NCBI GenBank assembly: GCA_029243595.1
Contig: JAQWRQ010000028.1
Location: 40,321 to 104,320 of the forward strand
Length of the DNA stretch: 64,000 nt
From: Gammaproteobacteria bacterium
Lineage (GTDB): Bacteria; Pseudomonadota; Gammaproteobacteria; PS1; Pseudothioglobaceae
Direction: 5' to 3'
The translations under genes were made by a program, and so were the position numbers. Shown in pieces: positions 1 through 10,063 of the stretch. The stretch's first letter is position 1. Every line of letters starts with the position of its first letter. Below the pieces are notes generated by a model. It searched no databases and was not told where the DNA came from. It saw nothing but the letters and a program-made list of their open reading frames with translations.

Positions 1-199
1 TCTCGGCAAACTTCGCCATTCTATGGTGGTGTGCCAAGATCTCTGAAGGGCAAACAAAAGTAAAGTCCAACGGATAAAAGAACAACATGATCTTTTTGCC
101 TTTAAGGCTTGATAATGTAAATTCATCAACGATAGAACCGTTGGCTAAAACCGCTGCCGCTGTGAAATCAGGGGCTTGTTGTGTGACTAAAACACTCAT
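1..199 (-). CDS. Typical 2-Cys peroxiredoxin (AhpC/Tsa family), N-terminal ~66 codons; gene continues beyond window start
   Basis: Manual minus-strand translation from ATG at 199: MSVLVTQQAPDFTAAAVLANGSIVDEFTLSSLKGKKIMLFFYPLDFTFVCPSEILAHHHRMAKFAE. FYPLDFTFVCPSE is the peroxidatic-Cys motif. A GGAGA Shine-Dalgarno lies just upstream (plus strand ctttctcc at 201-208). Not in the ORF track because it is truncated. Confidence 0.85.
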   Translation of the reverse strand, partial: MSVLVTQQAPDFTAAAVLANGSIVDEFTLSSLKGKKIMLFFYPLDFTFVCPSEILAHHHRMAKFAE

Positions 200-327
200 A
201 CTTTCTCCAAATAATATAATAAAAAACCAACCAATTATACAACTGACAAACGGTATAAATCATATAAAAAATAAGGGTTTGTCGTCGACACCACAATAAT
301 TAACTCATTCTTCAGTAAAATAGCGCC

Positions 328-1716
328 ATGCTTAAAATTTACAACACGCTTAGCAAACACAAAGAAGCATTTCAACCAATCGACCCTAACAAGGTAGGAA
401 TGTATGTTTGTGGCATGACAGTATACGACTATTGTCACATGGGTCATGCCCGTGTATTGGTGATGTTCGATGTTATTACTCGCCATTTAAGACGTCATTT
501 TCCCAAGGTGGAATACGTACGTAATATCACCGATATTGATGACAAAATTATCAAGCGTGCCGTTGAAAATAAAGAAGATATTTATAGTTTAACCAATCGC
601 TTTATCGATGCTATGCATGAAGATGAGCAAGCGTTGGGTGTATTGCCACCTGATGTAGAGCCACGTGCTACTGATGCCATAGATCAAATGTTTTACATGA
701 TTGAGACACTGATTGAAAAAGGCATTGCTTATCAAGGCAGTAATGGTGATGTGTATTATTCAGTGCGCGATTTTGAAGGCTATGGAAAACTCTCAGGAAA
801 AAACTTAGATGAGCTTGAAGCCGGTGCTAGAGTTGATGTTGAAACTGATAAAAGAGACCCGCTAGATTTTGTCTTATGGAAGATGGCCAAGCCAAGCGAG
901 CCAAGTTGGTCATCGCCTTGGGGTGATGGACGGCCTGGTTGGCATATTGAGTGTTCTGCGATGTCATGCCACCATTTGGGTAATCATTTTGATATTCATG
1001 GTGGAGGCATGGATTTGACATTCCCACATCATGAAAATGAGATTGCTCAATCTGAAGGTGCTAATGGCACCACGTTTGTTAACACTTGGATGCATGTTGG
1101 CTTTGTTAATATTAACGATGAAAAAATGAGTAAATCGCTGGGTAACTTTTTTACCATTCGTGGTGTGTTAGAAAGTTATGATGGTGAAACTCTGCGTTAC
1201 TTTATTATGAGCTCACATTATCGTAGCCCGCTCAACTTTAGCGATGATAATTTAAACTTGGCAAAAACCTCGCTAACGCGCTTATACACAGCAATACGTG
1301 GATTAAGCACCTCTGACGCGGCGATGGATGAAGTCTCACAACGATTTGATTTTGAGTCCCGTTTTAATGCATCATTGGATGATGACTTTAATACGCCAAT
1401 TGCATTGAGTATTTTGTTTGAGCTGGCTAAAGCGATTAATTCACAACGCGAAAAAGACATCGACCAAGCAAATGCTTTGGCTCAACTCTTGAAAAAACTC
1501 GGCAGTTATATTGGTATCTTGCAAACTGATGCAGACAGCTTTCTGAAACAAGGTGTTGATTTAGCCGATGAAGACATTGATGCAAAGATCAAGCAACGTG
1601 ACGAGGCAAAAGCCAATAAAGACTTTGCTTTAAGTGATCAAATTCGCGACGAGCTAACCGAATTAGGCATTATTTTAGAGGACAGTGCAAATGGCACAAG
1701 CTGGCGCCGAGGATAA
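328..1716 (+). CDS. cysS: Cysteinyl-tRNA synthetase
   Basis: 462 aa. Class I aaRS motifs HMGH (HIGH) and KMSKS are present. Collinear with E. coli CysS from MLKI.NTL to TSWRR. Confidence 0.95.
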   Translation: MLKIYNTLSKHKEAFQPIDPNKVGMYVCGMTVYDYCHMGHARVLVMFDVITRHLRRHFPKVEYVRNITDIDDKIIKRAVENKEDIYSLTNRFIDAMHEDEQALGVLPPDVEPRATDAIDQMFYMIETLIEKGIAYQGSNGDVYYSVRDFEGYGKLSGKNLDELEAGARVDVETDKRDPLDFVLWKMAKPSEPSWSSPWGDGRPGWHIECSAMSCHHLGNHFDIHGGGMDLTFPHHENEIAQSEGANGTTFVNTWMHVGFVNINDEKMSKSLGNFFTIRGVLESYDGETLRYFIMSSHYRSPLNFSDDNLNLAKTSLTRLYTAIRGLSTSDAAMDEVSQRFDFESRFNASLDDDFNTPIALSILFELAKAINSQREKDIDQANALAQLLKKLGSYIGILQTDADSFLKQGVDLADEDIDAKIKQRDEAKANKDFALSDQIRDELTELGIILEDSANGTSWRRG

Positions 1717-2377
1717 ACTCGACTGGTCACAAATCGATACTGTGTTGCTCGACATGGATGGCACACTACTCGACCTTAATTTTGACTTGCATTTTTGGAT
1801 GGAATACATGCCACTAGTGTTTGCCAACAAGCACAATCTAACCCATGACGAAGCTAAGGCCAAGATCTACCCAATCCTTAGAGCAGAAGAAGGAAAACTA
1901 CACTGGTATTGCTTAGATTATTGGCAAAATATTTTTGAGCTTGATATTGCCCAACTTAAAGAAGATGTGGCGCATTTGATTCAAATCCACCCATTCGTTT
2001 TAGAATTTTTGACTCAGGCTAGGCAGCACAACAAACGCATTTATTTGGTGACGAATGCGCACCGAAAAACTATTCAGCTAAAAATGCGTGTGACTAACTT
2101 GGAAGACTATTTTGACGATATCATCACCTCGCATGATTATGGTGTTGCCAAAGAAGACCAGGGGTTCTGGCAAAAATTAGATAAATCCATTAACTTGGAT
2201 AAAGCAAAAAGCGTGTTTTTCGATGATTCAGCGCACGTACTCAAATCAGCCAAAAAATTTGGCATTGGCACTGTTGTTGCTATCAGCAAACCCAGCTCTG
2301 AAATTAAAACCAAAGCCGTTGAAGGGTTTATCAATATCGAGACCTTTGAGCACGCAATGCCAGTAAAATCACATTAA
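1685..2377 (+). CDS. HAD-superfamily hydrolase, YrfG (GMP/IMP nucleotidase)-like
   Basis: 230 aa. HAD motif I is [10 protein letters not shown] (DxDxT); LVTNA and FFDDS motifs are also present. Start is ATG 1685 or 1691, either of which overlaps the cysS 3' end by 26-32 nt. Confidence 0.7.
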   Translation: MQMAQAGAEDKLDWSQIDTVLLDMDGTLLDLNFDLHFWMEYMPLVFANKHNLTHDEAKAKIYPILRAEEGKLHWYCLDYWQNIFELDIAQLKEDVAHLIQIHPFVLEFLTQARQHNKRIYLVTNAHRKTIQLKMRVTNLEDYFDDIITSHDYGVAKEDQGFWQKLDKSINLDKAKSVFFDDSAHVLKSAKKFGIGTVVAISKPSSEIKTKAVEGFINIETFEHAMPVKSH

Positions 2378-2380
2378 CAA

Positions 2381-2408
2381 AAAAACCCGCCTAAAGGCGG
2401 GTTTTTTA
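2381..2408. terminator. Bidirectional rho-independent terminator between convergent HAD hydrolase and SCP2 genes
   Basis: aaaaACCCGCCtaaaGGCGGGTttttt: a 7-bp GC stem with an A-run on one side and a T-run on the other. Confidence 0.85.
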
Positions 2409-2428
2409 ATCAGTACAACTGCTAGCAA

Positions 2429-2833
2429 TTATTCGCCGCCAATCGCACCCATTAGAGCAAAACTTTTAACAAATGGCGTTGCCATTCTAGGGTCTTTGAT
2501 CATTGCACCAAAGTCACCTTTTTCGAACTTTAACTTACCCATTGTTACTGCCATGCCCATTGAAGCCATACCTAATGGTTTATCCAACCATTTCATCCAG
2601 TTTTTCTTGTCTGCACGCATGTCCCAATCGGCAGTTTCGCCATTGAAATCACCTGCACGAACACACTCGCCGTTTTCAACTACGAAAATACCAGTTGGTG
2701 TGCCATCACCTTTAAAACCACAAGCAATTGTTGATGAAAAGTTGATTTCTGCTAATTTACCACGTACTTCGTCTGAGCCATTCCAAGCTTCTTTTAATTG
2801 GTTCATCCACTCATCTGAAAATAATGCCGCCAT
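2429..2833 (-). CDS. SCP2 (sterol-carrier-protein-2-like) domain protein
   Basis: 134 aa. The C-terminal GKLKFEKGDFGAM segment and overall length and pattern resemble SCP-2 lipid-binding domains. Assigned by eye only. Confidence 0.55.
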   Translation of the reverse strand: MAALFSDEWMNQLKEAWNGSDEVRGKLAEINFSSTIACGFKGDGTPTGIFVVENGECVRAGDFNGETADWDMRADKKNWMKWLDKPLGMASMGMAVTMGKLKFEKGDFGAMIKDPRMATPFVKSFALMGAIGGE

Positions 2834-3038
2834 GTTAATCTCCTATTAATTTAATTCTTTTTTTAAACTTTTGTTCGCTAATCGAACGCATATATTATGC
2901 CAATTAAAATCGGCAATATTGCACTGTTTTATGAATAAAATACCGGCTATTTTTGTTGGTACTATAAATGCCTGTTTTAGCAAGAAAAATTAAAGTTTTA
3001 AGTATAATTACAGGCTTTGCTTTTTATTCAAATCTGCC

Positions 3039-3515
3039 GTGCCAAAACTTTGTATATTGTCTGACTCTCATGGTTTTATTCACCCTGAAGTTGTTAAGAT
3101 TGCCAACCAATGTGATATTGCTATTCATGCAGGTGATATTATTAACGAAAGTACGCTAAGCCAATTAAAGCCTAAGCAAAAACTTGTTGCCATTCAAGGT
3201 AATAATGACGAACATATTAGCTCACTTAATAAGATTGAGTTTCTTGAATTCCCAAGCGGGAAAATTGCCATTGAACATGGGCATTTGCATGGGCATCACA
3301 AACCATCGCACGAATCATTAAGGGCAGCTTACCCAGATGCTAAAGTGATTATTTATGGGCACACGCACAAGCAAGTGATTGACAAAGAATCAACACCTTG
3401 GGTAATTAACCCAGGTGCGTCAGGCGAGGTCCGCAATCATGGCGGATCAAAGTGTTTTACAGTGGATGTTTATGACGACAAAGAGTGGTTAATCACGCCT
3501 TATGTTTTTAGCTAG
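3039..3515 (+). CDS. YfcE/MJ0936-family metallophosphoesterase
   Basis: 158 aa with a GTG start. Has the calcineurin-like motif series LSDSHG, HAGD, GNND, EHGH and GHTH. Confidence 0.75.
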   Translation: MPKLCILSDSHGFIHPEVVKIANQCDIAIHAGDIINESTLSQLKPKQKLVAIQGNNDEHISSLNKIEFLEFPSGKIAIEHGHLHGHHKPSHESLRAAYPDAKVIIYGHTHKQVIDKESTPWVINPGASGEVRNHGGSKCFTVDVYDDKEWLITPYVFS

Positions 3516-3533
3516 CTAAAAAATTTAAGTTTT

Positions 3534-4523
3534 TTATTTTTTAGGAATGTAGTCACCAAACATAGCAACCACTTTAGTCACTTCGTTTTTTGATCCTAAT
3601 ATAACGGGTACACGATCATGAATATCTTTAGGTTGTACGTCCATAATACACATACGACCCGTAGAAGAAAGGCCACCAGCTTGCTCAACAATCATCGACA
3701 TTGGGTTGCCTTCATACATTAAGCGAAGCTTGCCAGCTTTTGATGGATCACGACTGTCATAAGGGTACATAAAAATACCGCCACGGATAAGAATACGGTG
3801 AACTTCTGCAACCATAGAAGCAACCCAGCGCATGTTGTAACGCTTGCCTAGAGGACCTTCTTCACCTTGTAGGCAGTCATCAATATATTGCTGCATCTCT
3901 GGCTCCCAGAAGCGCTGATTAGACATATTGATTGCAAATTCAGCTGTGTCTTCGGTAACTTTTAATTGCTCTTTAGTTAATACAAATTCGCCAATATTGG
4001 TATCTAATGTGAATAAATTAACGCCTTTACCTGTAGTCATAACAAGCAGTGTGGAAGGTCCATATAAAACATAGCCGGCTGCTACTTGCTTATTGCCCGG
4101 CTGTAAGAAAACATCTTGGTCATCACCTGTGCGATTGTCGTCAGGTGCTTTTAGAATAGAGAAGATTGTACCAACAGAAAGGTTAACATCGATATTTGAA
4201 GACCCGTCTAACGGATCAAAGGTAACTAAGTATTTGCCATCAGCATGGCCGGCAATTGTGTAATCTTCTTCTTCGGAACCGACACCTTTAACGTAAGGAT
4301 TGGAACACAAAATGTTCTTTAAAAGATCGTTAGAAATAACATCCAACATCTTTTGGGTTTCACCCTGAATATTTTCATCTTCAGTTGCGCCTAAAATACC
4401 AGCTAATTCGCCCTGGCCTAATTTATAGGCAATATCTTTACACGCAACCATCGTGTCCTTAATAACAAGCTCTAGCTCAGCTGAAACGCCATCATTTGAT
4501 AATACTTGGTCTAATCTTTTCAT
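3534..4523 (-). CDS. fbp: Fructose-1,6-bisphosphatase, class I
   Basis: Collinear with E. coli Fbp, including the DPLDGSSNIDVN metal-binding motif, FLQPGNKQVAAGYV and GKLRLMYEGNPM. The ORF-track start at 4547 is TTG. I prefer ATG 4523 (MKRLDQVL), which is preceded by a GGTGGGG SD. Confidence 0.9.
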   Translation of the reverse strand: MKRLDQVLSNDGVSAELELVIKDTMVACKDIAYKLGQGELAGILGATEDENIQGETQKMLDVISNDLLKNILCSNPYVKGVGSEEEDYTIAGHADGKYLVTFDPLDGSSNIDVNLSVGTIFSILKAPDDNRTGDDQDVFLQPGNKQVAAGYVLYGPSTLLVMTTGKGVNLFTLDTNIGEFVLTKEQLKVTEDTAEFAINMSNQRFWEPEMQQYIDDCLQGEEGPLGKRYNMRWVASMVAEVHRILIRGGIFMYPYDSRDPSKAGKLRLMYEGNPMSMIVEQAGGLSSTGRMCIMDVQPKDIHDRVPVILGSKNEVTKVVAMFGDYIPKK

Positions 4524-4663
4524 CGAGAGCCCCACCCTTATAAACAAAATAATATTTTATGATTTTATCATACCCCCAATGAGATATATTTTGATATCAC
4601 TATAAAACAATGTGGTGAAAAATAGCTATAGGTATAATTTTTTGATTCTTATTTAATAAAGGT

Positions 4664-5914
4664 ATGACGATGAAGAACGCTTTCTATGCTCAATCTGGCG
4701 GTGTAACTGCTGTGATTAACGCTTCTGCTTGTGGTGTAATTGAAACTGCACGCAAAAATTCAGACAAAATTGGTACGGTTTATGCTGGTCAAAACGGCAT
4801 TATTGGTGCGCTAACTGAAAACTTAATTGACACCTCTAAAGAATCAACAGCTGATGTTGCTGCACTAAAGCACACGCCGTCTGGTGGTTTTGGCTCTTGT
4901 CGTTACAAGATGAAGTCTTTGGAAGCAAACAAAGCAGAATACGAAAGATTGATCGAAGTATTTAAAGCACACGATATTGGCTACTTCTTTTACAACGGTG
5001 GTGGCGACTCAGCTGACACTTGTTTAAAAGTTTCTCAATTATCTGAATCTATGGGCTACCCAATTCAGGCGATTCACGTACCAAAGACTGTAGATAATGA
5101 TTTACCAGTGACAGACAACTGCCCAGGTTTTGGCTCAGTAGCTAAGTATATTGCTGTTTCTACAATGGAAGCAAGTTTTGACGTGGCCTCAATGGCAGCA
5201 ACTTCTACTAAGATTTTTGTACTTGAGGTCATGGGTCGCCACGCAGGCTGGATTGCAGCAGCTGGTGGTTTGGTTGACGATTCAATTCCAGTGGTTATTT
5301 TATTCCCTGAAGTTAAGTTTGACGAAGAGAAATTCTTGGCTAAAGTTGACAAGAACGTTAAAGAATTTGGTTACTGCACAATTGTTGTATCTGAAGGAAC
5401 GCAATGGCCAGATGGTCGCTTCCTAGCAGAGCAAGGCACTCGCGATGACTTTGGTCATGCGCAATTGGGTGGTGCAGCGCCAGTTGTAGCTCAACTAATT
5501 AAAGACGCCTTAGGTCATAAATTCCACTGGGCAGTTGCAGATTACTTACAGCGTTCGGCGCGTCACTTAGCATCAGAGTCTGATGTTGAGCAAGCTTACG
5601 CACTTGGTGAAGCCGCTGTTAACATGGCCTTAGAAGGCAAAAACTCTGTCATGCCGGCTATTATCCGCACATCAAATAATCCATACACTTGGGAGATTGG
5701 CTCTGGTGAATTAAAAGACATTGCCAACGTTGAAAAGATGATGCCAATGGAGTACATTTCTGATGATGGCTTTGGCATTACTGATGCTTGTCGTGAGTAC
5801 TTGCAGCCTCTAATCGAAGGCGAGAACTACCCTCCATACAAAAATGGTTTGCCGGACTACGTGGTAATGAAAAAAGAAATGGTAGAAAAGAAATTACCAT
5901 CTTTTGAAGTATAA
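4664..5914 (+). CDS. pfp: Pyrophosphate-dependent 6-phosphofructokinase (PPi-PFK)
   Basis: 416 aa PFK-family protein. It has PKTVDNDL with Lys where ATP-PFKs have Gly (E. coli position 124), a residue used to discriminate PPi- from ATP-dependent enzymes. The GGGDSA substrate loop is present. It lies in the same-strand block as hppA. Confidence 0.8.
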   Translation: MTMKNAFYAQSGGVTAVINASACGVIETARKNSDKIGTVYAGQNGIIGALTENLIDTSKESTADVAALKHTPSGGFGSCRYKMKSLEANKAEYERLIEVFKAHDIGYFFYNGGGDSADTCLKVSQLSESMGYPIQAIHVPKTVDNDLPVTDNCPGFGSVAKYIAVSTMEASFDVASMAATSTKIFVLEVMGRHAGWIAAAGGLVDDSIPVVILFPEVKFDEEKFLAKVDKNVKEFGYCTIVVSEGTQWPDGRFLAEQGTRDDFGHAQLGGAAPVVAQLIKDALGHKFHWAVADYLQRSARHLASESDVEQAYALGEAAVNMALEGKNSVMPAIIRTSNNPYTWEIGSGELKDIANVEKMMPMEYISDDGFGITDACREYLQPLIEGENYPPYKNGLPDYVVMKKEMVEKKLPSFEV

Positions 5915-6577
<663 letters not shown>

Positions 6578-6602
6578 GCCTAACTTGCAAAAACAAAATG
6601 GG

Positions 6603-6637
6603 GGCTTATGTCATAATGTGACATAAGCCTTTTTTTT
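6603..6637 (+). terminator. Rho-independent terminator after adk
   Basis: GGCTTATGTCA-taatg-TGACATAAGCC: a perfect 11-bp stem followed by 8 T. Confidence 0.85.
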
Positions 6638-6660
6638 GAATTTTTATAATAGAGAAAAAT

Positions 6661-7827
6661 ATGAGTACAATCGGCCCAAGAGAAATTGACGTTCCATTTC
6701 GTCCTATCCCCTTAGATGTGCCTGAAGGCATGAAACATAACGAGTTTTTCAACTCGCCAGAAAATCTAAAAGATCTAACTGAAAATAATGGCTTGTTAAT
6801 CAATGATGAAGATTTGTTACTTTATCGAAAAGCCTTAGGTCATTCAAATGAATTTGACTGTTCAATTATTTACAACACCTCGAACAATGTTTTAAACCCG
6901 TTAGGTCGAGCAGTGCGTCGCACACAATTACCTAAAAATGTTAGAAAAGTTTGGAATCGCATGAATCAAATTGTTATTGGATTTATGTTGGAGCAATATC
7001 CAGATCCAGACAAACATTTGATCCTAGCAGGCGAGGCGTCGCTTGATGCAACTTGGCCAATTACTTCTGCAGGTGTGCCAAGTATTCGCATGCTACACAA
7101 CCACTTTATTGTTTTCGACAAACAGCAATTAAAAGACGCGCCACTCACTGACACTAATAACCCAAATTTAACTGATGGCGGGCAACACTCTTTGTTTGCT
7201 GCTTATATGCAAGATGTGTATGTTGAGTTTTTATCATCACTCGATTTAAAAATACTCAAGCCCGTTGAAAGCAATGCATCCAGCCTTGCGCTAACAGGCT
7301 ATCCACAAGGTCTACCAAGTTGGGAAATACAAGGAGGTATTGACAGCTTAAAAAATATCGATTTTTGGAAAGAGTACGATCTTGTTCTTAAAGGTTTTTT
7401 AGATTTTTATCGCACCTTCTTTACTCAAGTGTCTAGTAGGAATGCAGGGGTGCCAGACAACGCTTACTTCCCTAAAGAAATTGAAAAGACATTGTTATTC
7501 AATAACTGCTTTTTATCAGCCGCTAAAAAAGTGCGTGATAAATGTATTGATGATGCTAAATACGCCTCATCAATTCGCTGGCAACCAGCATTCAAACAAC
7601 TTATTTATCGCAACGACGAAGGAAAACTGATTGTGGTTATTTCACAAAATTCTATCGGCAATGCTATCACTGAATTACTAGGTGTTGTGGTTAACCGCAC
7701 ACCAAATGCTAAAGCTTACGAACAGGCGGAACCAGCACTGCTTGAAAAGCTACTAAAACTCAGATCGAGACTAGTTGAAGCTGATTTAGGTCGCGGCATT
7801 GAAACCCAACATTGGCCAAAAGACTAA
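6661..7827 (+). CDS. Hypothetical protein, 388 aa, function unknown; weak HIT/GalT-like HxH-hydrophobic signature
   Basis: Long uninterrupted ORF with host-like composition, on the same strand as pfp-adk and hppA. The only catalytic-looking element is SIRMLHNHFIVF (H146, H148; nt 7096-7104). No TM segment or signal peptide seen. Confidence 0.75.
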   Translation: MSTIGPREIDVPFRPIPLDVPEGMKHNEFFNSPENLKDLTENNGLLINDEDLLLYRKALGHSNEFDCSIIYNTSNNVLNPLGRAVRRTQLPKNVRKVWNRMNQIVIGFMLEQYPDPDKHLILAGEASLDATWPITSAGVPSIRMLHNHFIVFDKQQLKDAPLTDTNNPNLTDGGQHSLFAAYMQDVYVEFLSSLDLKILKPVESNASSLALTGYPQGLPSWEIQGGIDSLKNIDFWKEYDLVLKGFLDFYRTFFTQVSSRNAGVPDNAYFPKEIEKTLLFNNCFLSAAKKVRDKCIDDAKYASSIRWQPAFKQLIYRNDEGKLIVVISQNSIGNAITELLGVVVNRTPNAKAYEQAEPALLEKLLKLRSRLVEADLGRGIETQHWPKD

Positions 7828-7857
7828 GCAATAAAAAACCGCTTAAAAAAATCCTAC

Positions 7858-7885
7858 AAAACAATACCTAAAAGGCATTGTTTTT
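7858..7885 (+). terminator. Putative terminator after the 388-aa ORF
   Basis: AAACAATACC-taaaa-GGCATTGTTT hairpin with one A.C mismatch, followed by ttttt. Confidence 0.5.
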
Positions 7886-7974
7886 CAGTTATTTATTATA
7901 TTATTTAGTGCTTATTAATCTATAATCACTGTTGGACAAATTTAACTATAAATAAAAAGGAGAAAAGAAAGAAA

Positions 7975-9999
7975 ATGGATATACTAACGATGGCCATCGG
8001 GGCTTCAATTATTGCTGTTTTATACGGCTTATACACAATGACCTGGATCTACAAACAATCGCCAGGTAGTGACAAAATGAAAGAGATTTCAGATGCGATT
8101 GCAGAAGGCGCAAGTGCCTATCTAAACCGCCAATACACAACCATTGGTATGGTTGGTGTTGTACTATTGGTTATTATTTCTCAAGCATTAAGCTACCCAG
8201 TAGCACTTGGATTCTTGATTGGTGCAGTTCTTTCTGGCGCAACAGGTTACATTGGTATGAATGTATCAGTTAAGTCTAACTGTCGTACAGCAGAAGCCGC
8301 CAAGAATGGCGTAAATGCTGCCTTCCAAGTTGCTTTTAAAGGTGGTGCGGTAACTGGTATGTTGGTTGTTGGTTTAGCATTACTTGGTGTTGCTGGCTTC
8401 TACGCTGGCTTACTAGCTTCTGATGTTGCACAAGCTGATGCATTACATGCGTTAATCGGTTTGGCATTTGGTGGTTCATTAATTTCAATCTTCGCTCGTT
8501 TAGGTGGTGGTATCTTTACTAAGGGTGCTGACGTTGGTGCTGATATTGTTGGTAAAATTGAAGCAGGTATCCCAGAAGATGATCCGCGTAACCCTGCAGT
8601 AATTGCTGATAACGTTGGTGACAATGTTGGTGACTGTGCAGGTATGGCGGCTGACTTGTTTGAGACTTACGCGGTAACTATTATTGCAACAATGATGCTT
8701 GCAGGTGTACTTGGCTTAGGTAACGATGCAATTCTTTACCCATTAGCTTTGGGTGCTGTTTCTATTATTGCTTCAATTATTGGTACTTTCTTTGTGAAAG
8801 TATCTGATGGTGGTTCAATCATGGGTGCACTTTATAAAGGTTTAATCGTATCTGCAGTATTAGCGGCAATTGCCTTCTATTACGTGACCATCGATATGGG
8901 CATGGGTATGAACTTGTTCTATGCATCACTGATTGGTTTAGCATTAACAGCGGTAATGGTAGTTGTAACTGAATATTACACCTCAACTGAGAGTGCGCCT
9001 GTACAACATGTTGCTGAAGCCTCCAAAACAGGTGATGGTACTAACGTTATTGCTGGTATCGGTTTAAGCATGAAATCTACTGCATTACCTGTATTAGCCG
9101 TTTGTGCTAGTATTTGGGGTGCGCATGCATTAGGCGGCCTATACAGTATTGCAATTGCTGCAACGGCTATGTTGTCAATGACGGGTGTTATTGTTGCCTT
9201 AGATGCTTATGGTCCGATTACTGATAATGCGGGTGGTATTGCTGAAATGGCTGAGCTTCCTGAAGAGATTCGTAACATTACTGATCCACTAGACGCTGTT
9301 GGTAATACAACTAAAGCGGTAACTAAAGGCTATGCAATTGGCTCTGCTGGTTTAGCAGCGTTAGTATTGTTTGCTGACTTTACCAATGAGCTAAACACTA
9401 GAGCTGGATTTGATGCTATTTCGTTTGATTTATCAAACCACATGGTAATTATCGGCTTGTTCTTAGGTGGCCTTGTTCCTTACTTATTCGGCGCAATGGC
9501 AATGGAAGCAGTAGGTCGTGCAGCAGGTGGTATTGTTGAAGAGGTTCGTCGTCAATTTAGAGAGATGCCAGGCATTATGGATTACACTCAGAAACCTGAC
9601 TACTCTAAAGCGGTTGACATGTTAACTAAGTCTGCGATTAAAGAAATGATTATCCCTTCAATCCTACCTATCTTGTTCCCAGTAGCTGTTGGTTTGCTAT
9701 TAGGTGCTGAGGCATTAGGTGGTTTATTGATCGGTTCTATCGCAACGGGTATTTTCGTGGCAATCTCTATGACCACTGGTGGTGGTGCATGGGATAACGC
9801 TAAGAAATACATCGAAGATGGTCAGCTTGGTGAAGGTCATGAAAAAGGATCTGACACACACAAAGCGGCGATTACCGGTGACACTGTAGGTGACCCGTAC
9901 AAAGATACGGCTGGTCCTGCGATCAACCCATTGATCAAGATTATCAACATTGTTGCAATCATGATCATTCCTTTATTAGGCACTCCTTTATTAGGATAG
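7975..9999 (+). CDS. hppA: Membrane-bound H+-translocating pyrophosphatase, K+-independent type
   Basis: 674 aa polytopic protein. Has the DNVGDNVGD PPi-binding motifs and [15 protein letters not shown] carries Lys at the position that distinguishes K+-independent from K+-dependent (Ala) enzymes. A strong AAGGAGA SD is present. Confidence 0.95.
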   Translation: MDILTMAIGASIIAVLYGLYTMTWIYKQSPGSDKMKEISDAIAEGASAYLNRQYTTIGMVGVVLLVIISQALSYPVALGFLIGAVLSGATGYIGMNVSVKSNCRTAEAAKNGVNAAFQVAFKGGAVTGMLVVGLALLGVAGFYAGLLASDVAQADALHALIGLAFGGSLISIFARLGGGIFTKGADVGADIVGKIEAGIPEDDPRNPAVIADNVGDNVGDCAGMAADLFETYAVTIIATMMLAGVLGLGNDAILYPLALGAVSIIASIIGTFFVKVSDGGSIMGALYKGLIVSAVLAAIAFYYVTIDMGMGMNLFYASLIGLALTAVMVVVTEYYTSTESAPVQHVAEASKTGDGTNVIAGIGLSMKSTALPVLAVCASIWGAHALGGLYSIAIAATAMLSMTGVIVALDAYGPITDNAGGIAEMAELPEEIRNITDPLDAVGNTTKAVTKGYAIGSAGLAALVLFADFTNELNTRAGFDAISFDLSNHMVIIGLFLGGLVPYLFGAMAMEAVGRAAGGIVEEVRRQFREMPGIMDYTQKPDYSKAVDMLTKSAIKEMIIPSILPILFPVAVGLLLGAEALGGLLIGSIATGIFVAISMTTGGGAWDNAKKYIEDGQLGEGHEKGSDTHKAAITGDTVGDPYKDTAGPAINPLIKIINIVAIMIIPLLGTPLLG

Positions 10000-10015
10000 T
10001 CGATTAAAAGATAAT

Positions 10016-10047
10016 AAAAAGGCGTGCAAATAGCACGCCTTTTTTTT
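10016..10047. terminator. Bidirectional terminator shared by convergent hppA and yeeE
   Basis: aaaaaGGCGTGCaaataGCACGCCtttttttt: an A-run and a T-run flank a 7-bp GC-rich stem. Confidence 0.85.
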
Positions 10048-10063
10048 CGCCTATAGAAAGTAG

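Noticed and set aside
87-299. 70-aa plus-strand ORF at the window start.
   Set aside because: It lies antisense to a well-supported peroxiredoxin N-terminus (1-199, minus). It has no SD and a low-complexity translation, so it is most likely a shadow ORF.
1685-1716. The cysS/HAD-hydrolase overlap, considered as a possible frameshift or gene fusion.
   Set aside because: CysS ends at its normal C-terminus (TSWRRG). The HAD protein needs the upstream ATG to include its conserved N-terminus. This is a simple out-of-frame overlap.
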